Positions 1-7,371 of a stretch of 13,961 bases of DNA are shown here, piece by piece (positions within the stretch are counted from its first letter, which is position 1; each line of letters starts with the position of its first letter). The notes beneath the pieces are model-generated. The model worked only from the letters and a program-made list of their open reading frames with translations, was not told the origin of the DNA and did not search any database. The stretch lies in the NCBI GenBank assembly GCA_039589315.1, contig JBDHHQ010000104.1, positions 1 to 13,961 on the forward strand, read 5' to 3'. Source of the stretch: Gemmatimonadota bacterium (GTDB lineage: Bacteria > Gemmatimonadota > Gemmatimonadetes > Longimicrobiales > Gaopeijiaceae). The position numbers and the translations under genes are program-made.

Positions 1-50
1 AGGAGTATCGCGGTGCTCCCGCGCCGACTGGCGACAGCGACCAGGCGCAT
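1..50 (-). CDS. Possible 5' end of a divergent gene running off the window (MRLVAVASRRGSTAIL...)
   Basis: ATG at 50 (-) opens a frame with no stop to the window edge. Basic then hydrophobic residues could be a signal-peptide start. Only 16 codons are visible and there is no clear SD. Confidence 0.25.
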   Translation of the reverse strand, partial: MRLVAVASRRGSTAIL

Positions 51-65
51 CGGGTCCAGTTGACG

Positions 66-71
66 TAGACT
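66..71 (+). promoter_or_regulatory. Candidate -10 element (TAGACT) for a leaderless transcript of the AlkA-like gene
   Basis: TAnnnT hexamer ends 7 nt before ATG 79. No SD-like sequence precedes that ATG. No convincing -35. Confidence 0.35.
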
Positions 72-78
72 TGCCCTC

Positions 79-1005
79 ATGCCCACACACCACGACCTCA
101 CCGTTCGCCTCGACGCACCGCGCCGGTACGACCTGGTCCGTACCGTGGGCGCCCTGCGCATGGGGCGGAGTGACCCGACCTTCCGGGCAGCGGACCGGGT
201 CGTCGCCCTGGCGCGTCGTACGCCCGCCGGGCCTGTCACGGTCGAGATCGAGCACGACGTCGACGCCCTGTGGGTCCGAACGTGGGGGGAGGGGTCCGGT
301 TGGATGCAGGAGCAGCTCCCGGCGCTGGCGGGCCTGGAGGATAGGCCGCAGGACTTCCGGCCCGACCATCCCGTTGTCCGGCGCATGCTCCAACGCGCTC
401 CCGGTGTGCATCTTCCCCGGACGCCGGTCGTCTTCGCCCGAGTCGCTCAGGTCGTGGCGCTGCAGCTCGTGCAGACCCGGGAGGCGCACCGGGCCTGGCG
501 GCGTATCGTGCACGAGATGGGCGAGGAAGCACCTGGCCCCCAGGGCCTCCGGCTCGCGCCTGCGCCCGAGACGCTGGCAGAAGCCTCGGTCAGCGCGCTG
601 GTCGCTCACGGCGTCCCCCACAAGCAGGCCCGGACCATGATCCGCGTGGCCAAAGGGGGCGCCGAGCTCGACGAGGCCGCCTCGGAGGGTCGGCAGGCCG
701 TAACTACCCTTCTCGAGTCATTACGGGGGATCGGGCCGTGGACGATCAACCTTGTTCGGGGCAGCGCCCTGGGTGACTCCGACGCGGTGCCCGTCGGCGA
801 CTACAATCTGCCCAAGTCGGTGGCGTGGGCTCTGACCCGCGAGCGGCGAGCGGACGAGGACCGCATGCTGGAGTTGCTCGAGCCGTTTCGTCCCCACCGC
901 TTCCGGGTGCTCCGTCTGATCGTGCTGACCGGGGAGAAGGCGCCTCGGACGAGGCCGAGGCGAGCCATGAGGCCCGTCGATCCGCTCAGGCGACGGAGGG
1001 AGTGA
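79..1005 (+). CDS. DNA-3-methyladenine glycosylase II (AlkA)-like, HhH-GPD superfamily DNA glycosylase
   Basis: 308 aa. HhH motif LESLRGIGPWT is followed by the GPD-like segment DAVPVGD with a candidate catalytic Asp. Also VALQLVQ and the C-terminal LEPFRPHRFRV typical of AlkA-like proteins. No Ada-type N-terminal domain or 4Fe-4S Cys cluster. Confidence 0.88.
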   Translation: MPTHHDLTVRLDAPRRYDLVRTVGALRMGRSDPTFRAADRVVALARRTPAGPVTVEIEHDVDALWVRTWGEGSGWMQEQLPALAGLEDRPQDFRPDHPVVRRMLQRAPGVHLPRTPVVFARVAQVVALQLVQTREAHRAWRRIVHEMGEEAPGPQGLRLAPAPETLAEASVSALVAHGVPHKQARTMIRVAKGGAELDEAASEGRQAVTTLLESLRGIGPWTINLVRGSALGDSDAVPVGDYNLPKSVAWALTRERRADEDRMLELLEPFRPHRFRVLRLIVLTGEKAPRTRPRRAMRPVDPLRRRRE

Positions 1006-1094
1006 GAACGCGGCGGGGCGCCCGACTCAGACTCCTACGGGACCGATGTGGGACCCGGAAGGATTGCGGTGGCGCAGAGAGCGGCCGGAGCGTC

Positions 1095-1925
1095 CTAGAA
1101 GGCTGAAGGCCCTTCGCCCTCCGGCCCGAATCCCGCCGACTGGCATTCGGGGCAGAAGTAAGTGCTTCGCGCCAGGTCGCCCTGGACGATGCGCTCGATC
1201 TTCGTACCGCACTCGAGGCACGGGTTGCCGGCCCGGTCGTAGACCCAGAGGCGCGGGCTCGCCGGCTCCGTCCTACGCTGGAGCGGCACCGACGTCCGGC
1301 GGATGGTCCGGAGGTTGGCGCTCATGAGGCGCGCCACCTCGTCGAACAGGCCACGGAGCTGTTCGTCGGAGATGGAAGCCACCGGGGTCCGGGGATGGAT
1401 GCGCCGGACGAAGAGCACCTCGCTCTTGTAGACGTTGCCGATTCCCGAGGCGATCCGCTGGTCCAGCAAGGCGTCGCCGATCTCTCGGCGGGCGTGCGCG
1501 GGGAGCTGGGCCCGGCGCACCGCTGCGTCGATCTCGGGTGGGTCCGCCAGGAGGTCGGGGCCGAGGCGGGCCAGTCGGGGGTGGGTCTTCAGCCGGCCCG
1601 TCCGGACGAGCTCGGCCTGGTAGGCACGGACGCACGCCCACTGACGGCCGCCGGCCTGGATCAGCACTGTCGGGCGGCCGGGCGGCGGACGACCGGCACC
1701 GATGCGCCGCCACCTGCCTTTCATGCCCAGGTGAACCCGGAGGCTCCAGTCGCCCTCCAGGTGGACCAGCAGGTGCTTACCCCGCGCTGCCACCTGCTCG
1801 ACCCGGGCACCCCGAAGCTCTGTGACCGTGCCCAGGTCGTGCAGCTCCAGGTGCTCCAGACGCCGGCCGGTCAGGTCCCGGCCGATGGCGTTGGCGAACC
1901 GGTGGATGGTGTCGCCTTCAGGCAT
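1095..1925 (-). CDS. nei: Fpg/Nei family DNA glycosylase/AP lyase (endonuclease VIII-like)
   Basis: 276 aa. N-terminal (M)PEG with catalytic Pro/Glu, RGKHLL Lys motif, HLGMKGRW, H2TH LLDQRIASGIGNVYKSEVLF, and a C-terminal Zn finger CLEC...CPECQ. PEG (rather than PEL) favours Nei over Fpg. Confidence 0.93.
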   Translation of the reverse strand: MPEGDTIHRFANAIGRDLTGRRLEHLELHDLGTVTELRGARVEQVAARGKHLLVHLEGDWSLRVHLGMKGRWRRIGAGRPPPGRPTVLIQAGGRQWACVRAYQAELVRTGRLKTHPRLARLGPDLLADPPEIDAAVRRAQLPAHARREIGDALLDQRIASGIGNVYKSEVLFVRRIHPRTPVASISDEQLRGLFDEVARLMSANLRTIRRTSVPLQRRTEPASPRLWVYDRAGNPCLECGTKIERIVQGDLARSTYFCPECQSAGFGPEGEGPSAF

Positions 1926-2037
1926 GGGTCAGTTGGCCGCGCCCCGCGAGGCGGCCCGCGTCTGGCAGGATCGGGGCGACTCGGTCGGCCTCGAGCCGTC
2001 CGTGAGGCGCGAGCGTGTGACGCACAGGTCCGGCCAT
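1918..2037 (-). CDS. Putative 39-aa bridging ORF between lhr and nei (MAGPVRHTLAPHGRLEADRVAPILPDAGRLAGRGQLTHA)
   Basis: Its ATG shares one base with the lhr stop (TGATG) and its TGA overlaps the nei start (ATGCCTGA). It spans the whole spacer. No recognisable family. Confidence 0.35.
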   Translation of the reverse strand: MAGPVRHTLAPHGRLEADRVAPILPDAGRLAGRGQLTHA

Positions 2038-5000
2038 CACGGCACGTGAAGCCGCATGGCCCGGTACTCCGGCACGAATCCCACGCCCTCCAGGCGGCCC
2101 GCGAACTCCGATGCCGTGGCCGTCTCGCCGTTGATCCGCTCAAGCAGGATCCGCCGCCTGGGACGCGTCCGGGCCAGGTCGGGCAGGGCCTCGATCGCCT
2201 GGTCGAGAGCAGTCTCGCGGGCATCCTTCAGGATCCGTAGCCGGCGAGCGCCACGGTCCAGGTACAGCACGGGTGCGCCCTCCACCAGAACCACCGTAGC
2301 GCCCGCCACGCGGCGGGGTCCCCGGCCGCCCTCGTCCTCGTACTCGGGCCACGGGAGCAGCCACCCGTAGGGATTCGCCGGATCGGTGGCGCTCAGGACG
2401 TGGACCACGCCCTCGGACGCACCGTCCCGGATCCGGCGCAAGCGGTCCACCGTTCCCGGGTACGCGAACTGGGCCCCGCCCAGCCCCTCCACGAAGTACC
2501 CGCGACGCACTTTGCCGGCCTCCTCCATGGTGCGCAGCACCCGGTAGATCCCCGAGAAGCCCCCGGACAGTCCCTCGACCGCCACGCTCTCCCGGGTGAC
2601 AACGCCGTGGCGCTCCAGGAACGTCGTGGCCAGGGCGTGGGCGCGCTCAGTTGGGGACGCCGGCGTGGGGACCAGGTCGGTTACCAGCGCCCATCGTCCT
2701 CCCGGGTAGATCGTGCGGCTGCGGCCCCTGCGGCGGCGGATATGGCGGCGGGCGGCCAGCCCCCGGAGAGCCTGGAAGGTGTCGTTCGTGACGAGCCCCG
2801 CCCACACCAGGTCCCAGAGGGCTTCCATCAAGGCCGGCGCACCGGCATGGTCCGCCGTCCCGACGCCGTCGGCCGCAGCCAACAGCTCCGTGAAGAACGA
2901 CGCACCCCTGCGGCTCAGGTGGTCGAGGATCGCTCGGTGACGTTCGTCCCCGCCCTTGGGCAGCACATCCAGGGCGGGGGGCTCCAGCATCCGGGCCACT
3001 CGCTCCCGCCGGTAGAGGGCAACCCGTCCATCGTCGCTCCGCAGGGGTGAGTGCCCGACCCAGACCAACCAACCCATGGCGCCCAGCTCGTCCAGCTGCT
3101 CCGGCCGGAAACGCGGCACCCGCGCAGGCAGAATGGTGCGCTCCAACTCCTTGTAGCTCAGGGGCATGCCCTCGAGCTGGACGAGAGCGTCCTCGAGGCG
3201 GTCCCCGCTCCGTCGTGACTCGCCGATACCGTGCCACGCCGGGAGAAACCGGGCCAAAGTCTCCCTCGGTACCGGGGCCACCTGTCCCCTGAGCTTGGCC
3301 AGGGTCCGCCGCTTGATCTGGCGCAGCACGTCGGGGTCACACCACTCGGACCCCTGGGCGCCGGGCCGGAACTCGCCCTGGAGGAGCTTCCCCTCGTCGC
3401 ACAGCGCCTGCAGCAGGGCCCGCACGCGCCCGGCCTCGAGCCCGAATCGGTCTGCTACGTCTCTGGTCCGGAACGGCCCGTGGGTTCTCGCCCACCTCTG
3501 CACCAGCGACTCGACCGGGCGTGCCACCGGCGCCAGGAAGGCGTCGGGCACTCCTCTGGGCGGCGATGTGCCCAGGGCGTCCCGGTAGAGACCGGTGTCC
3601 TCCAGAGCCATCCACGCCGGCCTCCCGGCCACGCGGGAGCGTGCAGCCCGCCGGGTCACCCGCAACTCCTCGAGCCAGGTGGCCGAGTCCTCCGACGTGC
3701 GCTCCTCGATTTCCTCCACCGACAGATCGCCCAGGCTCCGGAGCAGGTCATGCAGCGCGTCGGCGTTTCGGGCCTGGCGATGCTCGGTGGTCCACTGAAG
3801 AGACGCTTCGACCTCCTCCAGCACGGCCAGATCCAGGAGCTCCCGCAGATCCGTGTCGCCGAGGAGCTCGCGCAGAAGCTTCATGTCCAGGGACAGGGCC
3901 TGAGCCCGTCGCTCGGCCGCCGGCGAATCCCCCTCGTACAGGTAAGCGGCCACGTAGGCGAACACGAGCGATCGGGAGAACGGCGAGGCCGAAGGGGTCT
4001 CGACGTCGTGGACCCGGATCTCCCGGCGCTCGATCCCGGACAGCACCTCCTTCAGGGCCGGGACGTCGAACACGTCCTGCAGGCACGCCCGGTATGTTTC
4101 CATGACCACCGGAAACGACGGGTACTGCATGGCGATGGCCATGAGCTTCTGGGCCCGGAGCCGCTGGGCGAAAAGGGGGGTCCGGGCGCCTGGGCGACGC
4201 CGGGGCAGGAGCAGCGCCCGCGCTGCGTTCTCCCTGAACTGGGATGCGAAGACGGGAGAGCGGGCCAACTCCTCCAGGATCCGCTCCTCCACCTCGGCCG
4301 GGTCGGGGAGCAGGAGGTCGGTCCCCGGCGGCTCGTCGCCGTCGGCCACGGTCAGGACGATGCCGTCGTCGCTCCACACCGTCTGCACGTCGTATCCCAC
4401 GCTGGCAGACGCCGCGGCCCGCAGCGCCAGCGCCCACGGGGCGTGGACCCGGGCGCCGAAGGGCGTGAGGATGCAGATGCGCCAGTCGCCCAGCTCGTCC
4501 CGGAAGCGCTCGATCACGATGTCCCGGTCGGTGGGAAGGCAACCCGTGGCTTCGCTCTGCTCCTTCAGGTACTGCCAGAGGTTGCCGGCCGCCTTCGGGT
4601 CCAGGTCGTACGCGTCGGTCAACCGTTCGAGAGCCCTCGCTTCCTCGAGGCCCTCCATCTCCCGAACGAACGCGCCCACCGCTCGGCCCAGCTCCAGGGG
4701 CCGGCCCGGCCCGTCGCCGTGCCAGAAGGGGAGGCGTCCGGGCTCGCCAGGGGCCGGCTCCACGACCACGCGGTCCCGGGTGATCTCCTGGATCCGCCAC
4801 GTGGACGCGCCGAGCGTGAAGTTCTGACCGGCCACCGATTCGTGGACCATCTCCTCGTCCAGCTCACCCACCCGGGGGCCGTCGTGCCCCAGGTACACGC
4901 CGTAGAGACCCCGGTCGGGAATCGTGCCCGCGTTCACCGCCGCCAGCATGCGGGCGCCGCGCCGGCCCTCGATCAGGTCCTTCTCCCGGTCCCAGCGGAT

Positions 5001-6644
5001 GCGTGGCCGCAGGTCGGCGAACTCGGTGGACGGGTAGAGACCGGAGAGCATGTCCAGGACGCCCTGGAAAGCGCTTTCGGGCAGGTCGCGGAAGTTGGCC
5101 GCCCGCCGGACGAGCGCCCACAGGTCGGCTGTGCTCCACGTCTGCACAGCGCTCATGGCCACCACCTGCTGAGCCAGAACGTCCAGGGGATTGTGGGGGA
5201 TCGTCAGCGCCTCGATGGCCCCCTCTTTCATGCGTCGGCCCACGACCGCGGCCTCCAGCAGATCGCCCCGGTGCTTCGGAAAGACCCGGCCGATACTGGT
5301 CTCGCCAACGCCGTGGCCCGAGCGGCCCACCCGTTGGAGTCCCCGCGCCACGGAGCCGGGCGACTCCACGAGGATGACCAGGTCCACCGTGCCCATGTCG
5401 ATGCCCAGCTCCAGCGAGCTGGTGGCCACGATGGCCCGAAGCTCACCGGCCTTGAGGGCTTCTTCGATCTGCTTGCGCTGCCCGTGGGCCAGGCTGCCGT
5501 GGTGGGCCCGGACCAGCTCCTCGCCCGAGAGCTCGTTGAGCTGATGGGCCAGCCGCTCGCACAGGCCGCGGCTGTTCACGAACAGGATGGTCGTGCGGTG
5601 CTGGCGGATCAGGTCCAGCAGCTCGGGATAGATGGCCGGCCAGATGCCGTACTGGCGGGTGGCGGCCTCCTCTTCGGCCGCGAGGAGGGCGCTGCCGTGG
5701 TCGTCAGTGGCAGAAATCGCGGAGGTCCCGTCACGATCGCCGGCGTCCCCATGTTGGTCCTCGGCGGCCCTGCGGCCGGCACCCTCGAAGGCGTCCCGAC
5801 GATCCCCTTCGCCACCGTCGCGGTCGACCGCACCGCGACTGCCGTTGCCCGGAGCCGGTCCTGCCGAGCCAGCCTCCTTCCCCCGCCCCGCCCCGCCGCG
5901 CGCCACCGGCCGGGTCATGTCGTCCACCGGCACGATGAGCCGGAGGTCCAGGTCGGGGGGCACGTGGGTGTCCACGACCTCCACCGGGCGACCCCCGCCC
6001 AGGAACCTGGCCACCTCGGACGCCGGCCGGGCCGTGGCCGACAGCCCGATGCGTTGGGGGTCCCGATCGGCCAGGGCCGAGAGGCGCTCGAGCGAAAGCG
6101 CCAGATGCGCCCCCCGCTTGGTCGGTGCCATGGCGTGGACCTCGTCCACGATGACCCATTCCACCGTCCGGAGGGTCTCGCGGGCCTGGGAGCCGAGGAT
6201 CAGGAACAGGGACTCCGGCGTGGTCACCAGGATTTCGCCCGGCGTCTTGATCTGGCGGCGGCGGTCCCGCTGAGGCGTGTCCCCCGTGCGTATGTCGATC
6301 GTGGGGACGTGGAGCCGGGTGGAGGACGCTTCGGCGGCTCGCTCGATCCCCGCGAGAGGCGCCCGGAGGTTGCGCTCGATGTCGTAGACCAGGGCCTTGA
6401 GCGGCGACACGTAGAGGACGCGCACACCCAGGTCGGCGTCAGGCTCGAGGCGGGTCAGCCGGTCGATGGCCCAGAGGAAGGCCGCCAGCGTCTTGCCGCT
6501 CCCGGTGGGAGCGATCAGGAGCGTGTGGTCTCCCCCGGCGATGCGCTCCCATCCCTCCGTCTGCACGCGGGTGGGTGCCTCGAAGGTGCCGGAGAACCAG
6601 CGGCGGGTGACGTCGTCGAACTGCTTCATGGGCCGATCCGACAC
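2037..6644 (-). CDS. lhr: Long-form Lhr ATP-dependent DEAH-box (SF2) helicase with extended C-terminal region
   Basis: Motifs: Q (APTRVQ), I APTGSGKT, Ia YVSPLKAL, RTGDT, TTPES, II DEVH, III SAT, IV FVNSR, AHHGS, V ATSSLELGIDMG, VI QRVGRSGH. Lhr signatures GTIPDRG, GELDEEMV, PFWHGD, RRGYFVEGLGGAQFA, ATDPANPYG. Start set at GTG 6644 (SD GGAGGA at 6658-6653, 8-nt spacer), giving 1535 aa. Alternative starts: ATG 6629 or TTG 6698. Confidence 0.95.
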   Translation of the reverse strand: MSDRPMKQFDDVTRRWFSGTFEAPTRVQTEGWERIAGGDHTLLIAPTGSGKTLAAFLWAIDRLTRLEPDADLGVRVLYVSPLKALVYDIERNLRAPLAGIERAAEASSTRLHVPTIDIRTGDTPQRDRRRQIKTPGEILVTTPESLFLILGSQARETLRTVEWVIVDEVHAMAPTKRGAHLALSLERLSALADRDPQRIGLSATARPASEVARFLGGGRPVEVVDTHVPPDLDLRLIVPVDDMTRPVARGGAGRGKEAGSAGPAPGNGSRGAVDRDGGEGDRRDAFEGAGRRAAEDQHGDAGDRDGTSAISATDDHGSALLAAEEEAATRQYGIWPAIYPELLDLIRQHRTTILFVNSRGLCERLAHQLNELSGEELVRAHHGSLAHGQRKQIEEALKAGELRAIVATSSLELGIDMGTVDLVILVESPGSVARGLQRVGRSGHGVGETSIGRVFPKHRGDLLEAAVVGRRMKEGAIEALTIPHNPLDVLAQQVVAMSAVQTWSTADLWALVRRAANFRDLPESAFQGVLDMLSGLYPSTEFADLRPRIRWDREKDLIEGRRGARMLAAVNAGTIPDRGLYGVYLGHDGPRVGELDEEMVHESVAGQNFTLGASTWRIQEITRDRVVVEPAPGEPGRLPFWHGDGPGRPLELGRAVGAFVREMEGLEEARALERLTDAYDLDPKAAGNLWQYLKEQSEATGCLPTDRDIVIERFRDELGDWRICILTPFGARVHAPWALALRAAASASVGYDVQTVWSDDGIVLTVADGDEPPGTDLLLPDPAEVEERILEELARSPVFASQFRENAARALLLPRRRPGARTPLFAQRLRAQKLMAIAMQYPSFPVVMETYRACLQDVFDVPALKEVLSGIERREIRVHDVETPSASPFSRSLVFAYVAAYLYEGDSPAAERRAQALSLDMKLLRELLGDTDLRELLDLAVLEEVEASLQWTTEHRQARNADALHDLLRSLGDLSVEEIEERTSEDSATWLEELRVTRRAARSRVAGRPAWMALEDTGLYRDALGTSPPRGVPDAFLAPVARPVESLVQRWARTHGPFRTRDVADRFGLEAGRVRALLQALCDEGKLLQGEFRPGAQGSEWCDPDVLRQIKRRTLAKLRGQVAPVPRETLARFLPAWHGIGESRRSGDRLEDALVQLEGMPLSYKELERTILPARVPRFRPEQLDELGAMGWLVWVGHSPLRSDDGRVALYRRERVARMLEPPALDVLPKGGDERHRAILDHLSRRGASFFTELLAAADGVGTADHAGAPALMEALWDLVWAGLVTNDTFQALRGLAARRHIRRRRGRSRTIYPGGRWALVTDLVPTPASPTERAHALATTFLERHGVVTRESVAVEGLSGGFSGIYRVLRTMEEAGKVRRGYFVEGLGGAQFAYPGTVDRLRRIRDGASEGVVHVLSATDPANPYGWLLPWPEYEDEGGRGPRRVAGATVVLVEGAPVLYLDRGARRLRILKDARETALDQAIEALPDLARTRPRRRILLERINGETATASEFAGRLEGVGFVPEYRAMRLHVP

Positions 6645-6722
6645 GTAATCCGTCCTCCAGGCGAGCGTTCCCAGGAGGAGCGCCGGCGCGATGGCCAACT
6701 CATCCCCGGGGGGAGAGGGAAG

Positions 6723-6879
6723 ATGGGTACCCCGGCGCCACGTGCAACGGTCCGCGGAATCGACGTCCGCGATGCCGGTACAGATGCGCTATTGCGGCGC
6801 CGCAGGACAAGGCGCGGTCCCGGCATGGGACCGGCGCCCGAGTGCAGCCCGAGTCACGTGGCGTTGGGAAGGACCCCGT
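6723..6879 (+). other. Predicted structured element (closing helix plus internal hairpins), possibly ncRNA or MITE-like
   Basis: CCCGGCGCCACGTG (6731-6744) pairs with CACGTGGCGTTGGG (6855-6868): 14 bp including two G-U pairs. Internal hairpins CGCGGA/TCCGCG and GGCGCGGTCCC/GGGACC(G)GCGCC. No family recognised. Confidence 0.3.
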
Positions 6880-6920
6880 GAAGCGTGAAGAGGCACGATC
6901 AGGCCATCGCCTCGGCTGGA

Positions 6921-6939
6921 ACACTAACCTTGCTAGTGT
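6921..6939. promoter_or_regulatory. Putative PadR operator box 1 (ACACTA-N7-TAGTGT inverted repeat)
   Basis: Perfect 6-bp-arm inverted repeat in a locally AT-rich patch upstream of padR, overlapping the -35 element. Confidence 0.6.
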
Positions 6940-6958
6940 ACGTCCGGCACGTTATCCT
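6930..6958 (+). promoter_or_regulatory. Sigma70-type promoter of padR-permease operon
   Basis: TTGCTA (6930-6935), 17-bp spacer, TATCCT (6953-6958); about 80 nt upstream of the padR ATG. Confidence 0.6.
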
Positions 6959-6960
6959 AT

Positions 6961-6975
6961 GCTAACGTTGCTAGT
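6961..6975. promoter_or_regulatory. Putative PadR operator box 2 (GCTAACGTTGCTAGT)
   Basis: 13/15 identical to ACTAACCTTGCTAGT at 6923-6937, offset by 38 bp. Covers the predicted transcription start. Confidence 0.55.
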
Positions 6976-7041
6976 CAAGAATCGCCGGCGGATGGGTGGC
7001 GCCGCGATCTCGAGTGACCCTCCACGAGAGGAAGACTGTCG

Positions 7042-7371
7042 ATGGGCAAGAACGTCCTCGGGGAGTTCGAGCATCAAGTGCTCCTGGCGATCCTCAGGCT
7101 CGGCTCGGAGTCCTATTCGGTTCCCATCGTGCTGGAGTTGGAGGAGCGGACGGGACGAGACGTAGCGCCGGCCAAGGTCTACATCGCGCTTCGGCGGCTG
7201 GAAGAGAAGGGCCTGCTGGAGTCCCGCATGAGTGACGGCGAGCCCCAGCAGGGCAGTCGGACCCGTCGCTATTTCGCTCTGACGGACGAGGGCATGGATC
7301 GGCTGCGGGAGTCCCGGCAGACGCTGATGCGGCTCTGGGAGGGCGTGGCCCCGGCCCTGGACCGGTCGTGA
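7042..7371 (+). CDS. PadR family transcriptional regulator (short LGEFE subtype)
   Basis: 109 aa. LGEFEHQVLLAIL, wHTH VYIALRRLEEKGLLES, wing RRYFALTDEG, C-terminal helix with LW. SD-like GAGAGGAAG at 7026-7034. Confidence 0.93.
   Translation: MGKNVLGEFEHQVLLAILRLGSESYSVPIVLELEERTGRDVAPAKVYIALRRLEEKGLLESRMSDGEPQQGSRTRRYFALTDEGMDRLRESRQTLMRLWEGVAPALDRS

Noticed and set aside
6636..6643. Minus-strand TGTCGG resembling the mycobacterial PafBC (RecA-NDp) promoter motif
   Set aside because: It lies inside the predicted lhr coding start and lacks a correctly spaced TAnnnT.
6645..6698. TTG start at 6698 for lhr, giving a hydrophobic signal-like N-terminus
   Set aside because: The extension contains the GGAGGA SD positioned for GTG 6644, and a cytoplasmic helicase has no use for a signal peptide.
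6715..6872. Cobalamin-riboswitch-like words (GGGAA, GCAACGGT, GGGAAGG)
   Set aside because: The conserved GGTGnAA.TCC hairpin and the AGnCAGnAnACC B12 box are missing, and no B12-related gene is adjacent.
3231..6881. 1216-aa plus-strand ORF antisense to lhr
   Set aside because: Codon-aligned shadow frame of a GC-rich gene, where stops are naturally rare. No recognisable motifs, whereas the minus strand carries every Lhr motif.
6867..6882. GGAAGGACCCCGTGAA resembles the 23S rRNA peptidyl-transferase segment GGAAAGACCCCGTGAA
   Set aside because: Only 16 nt with one mismatch and no flanking similarity; compatible with chance.
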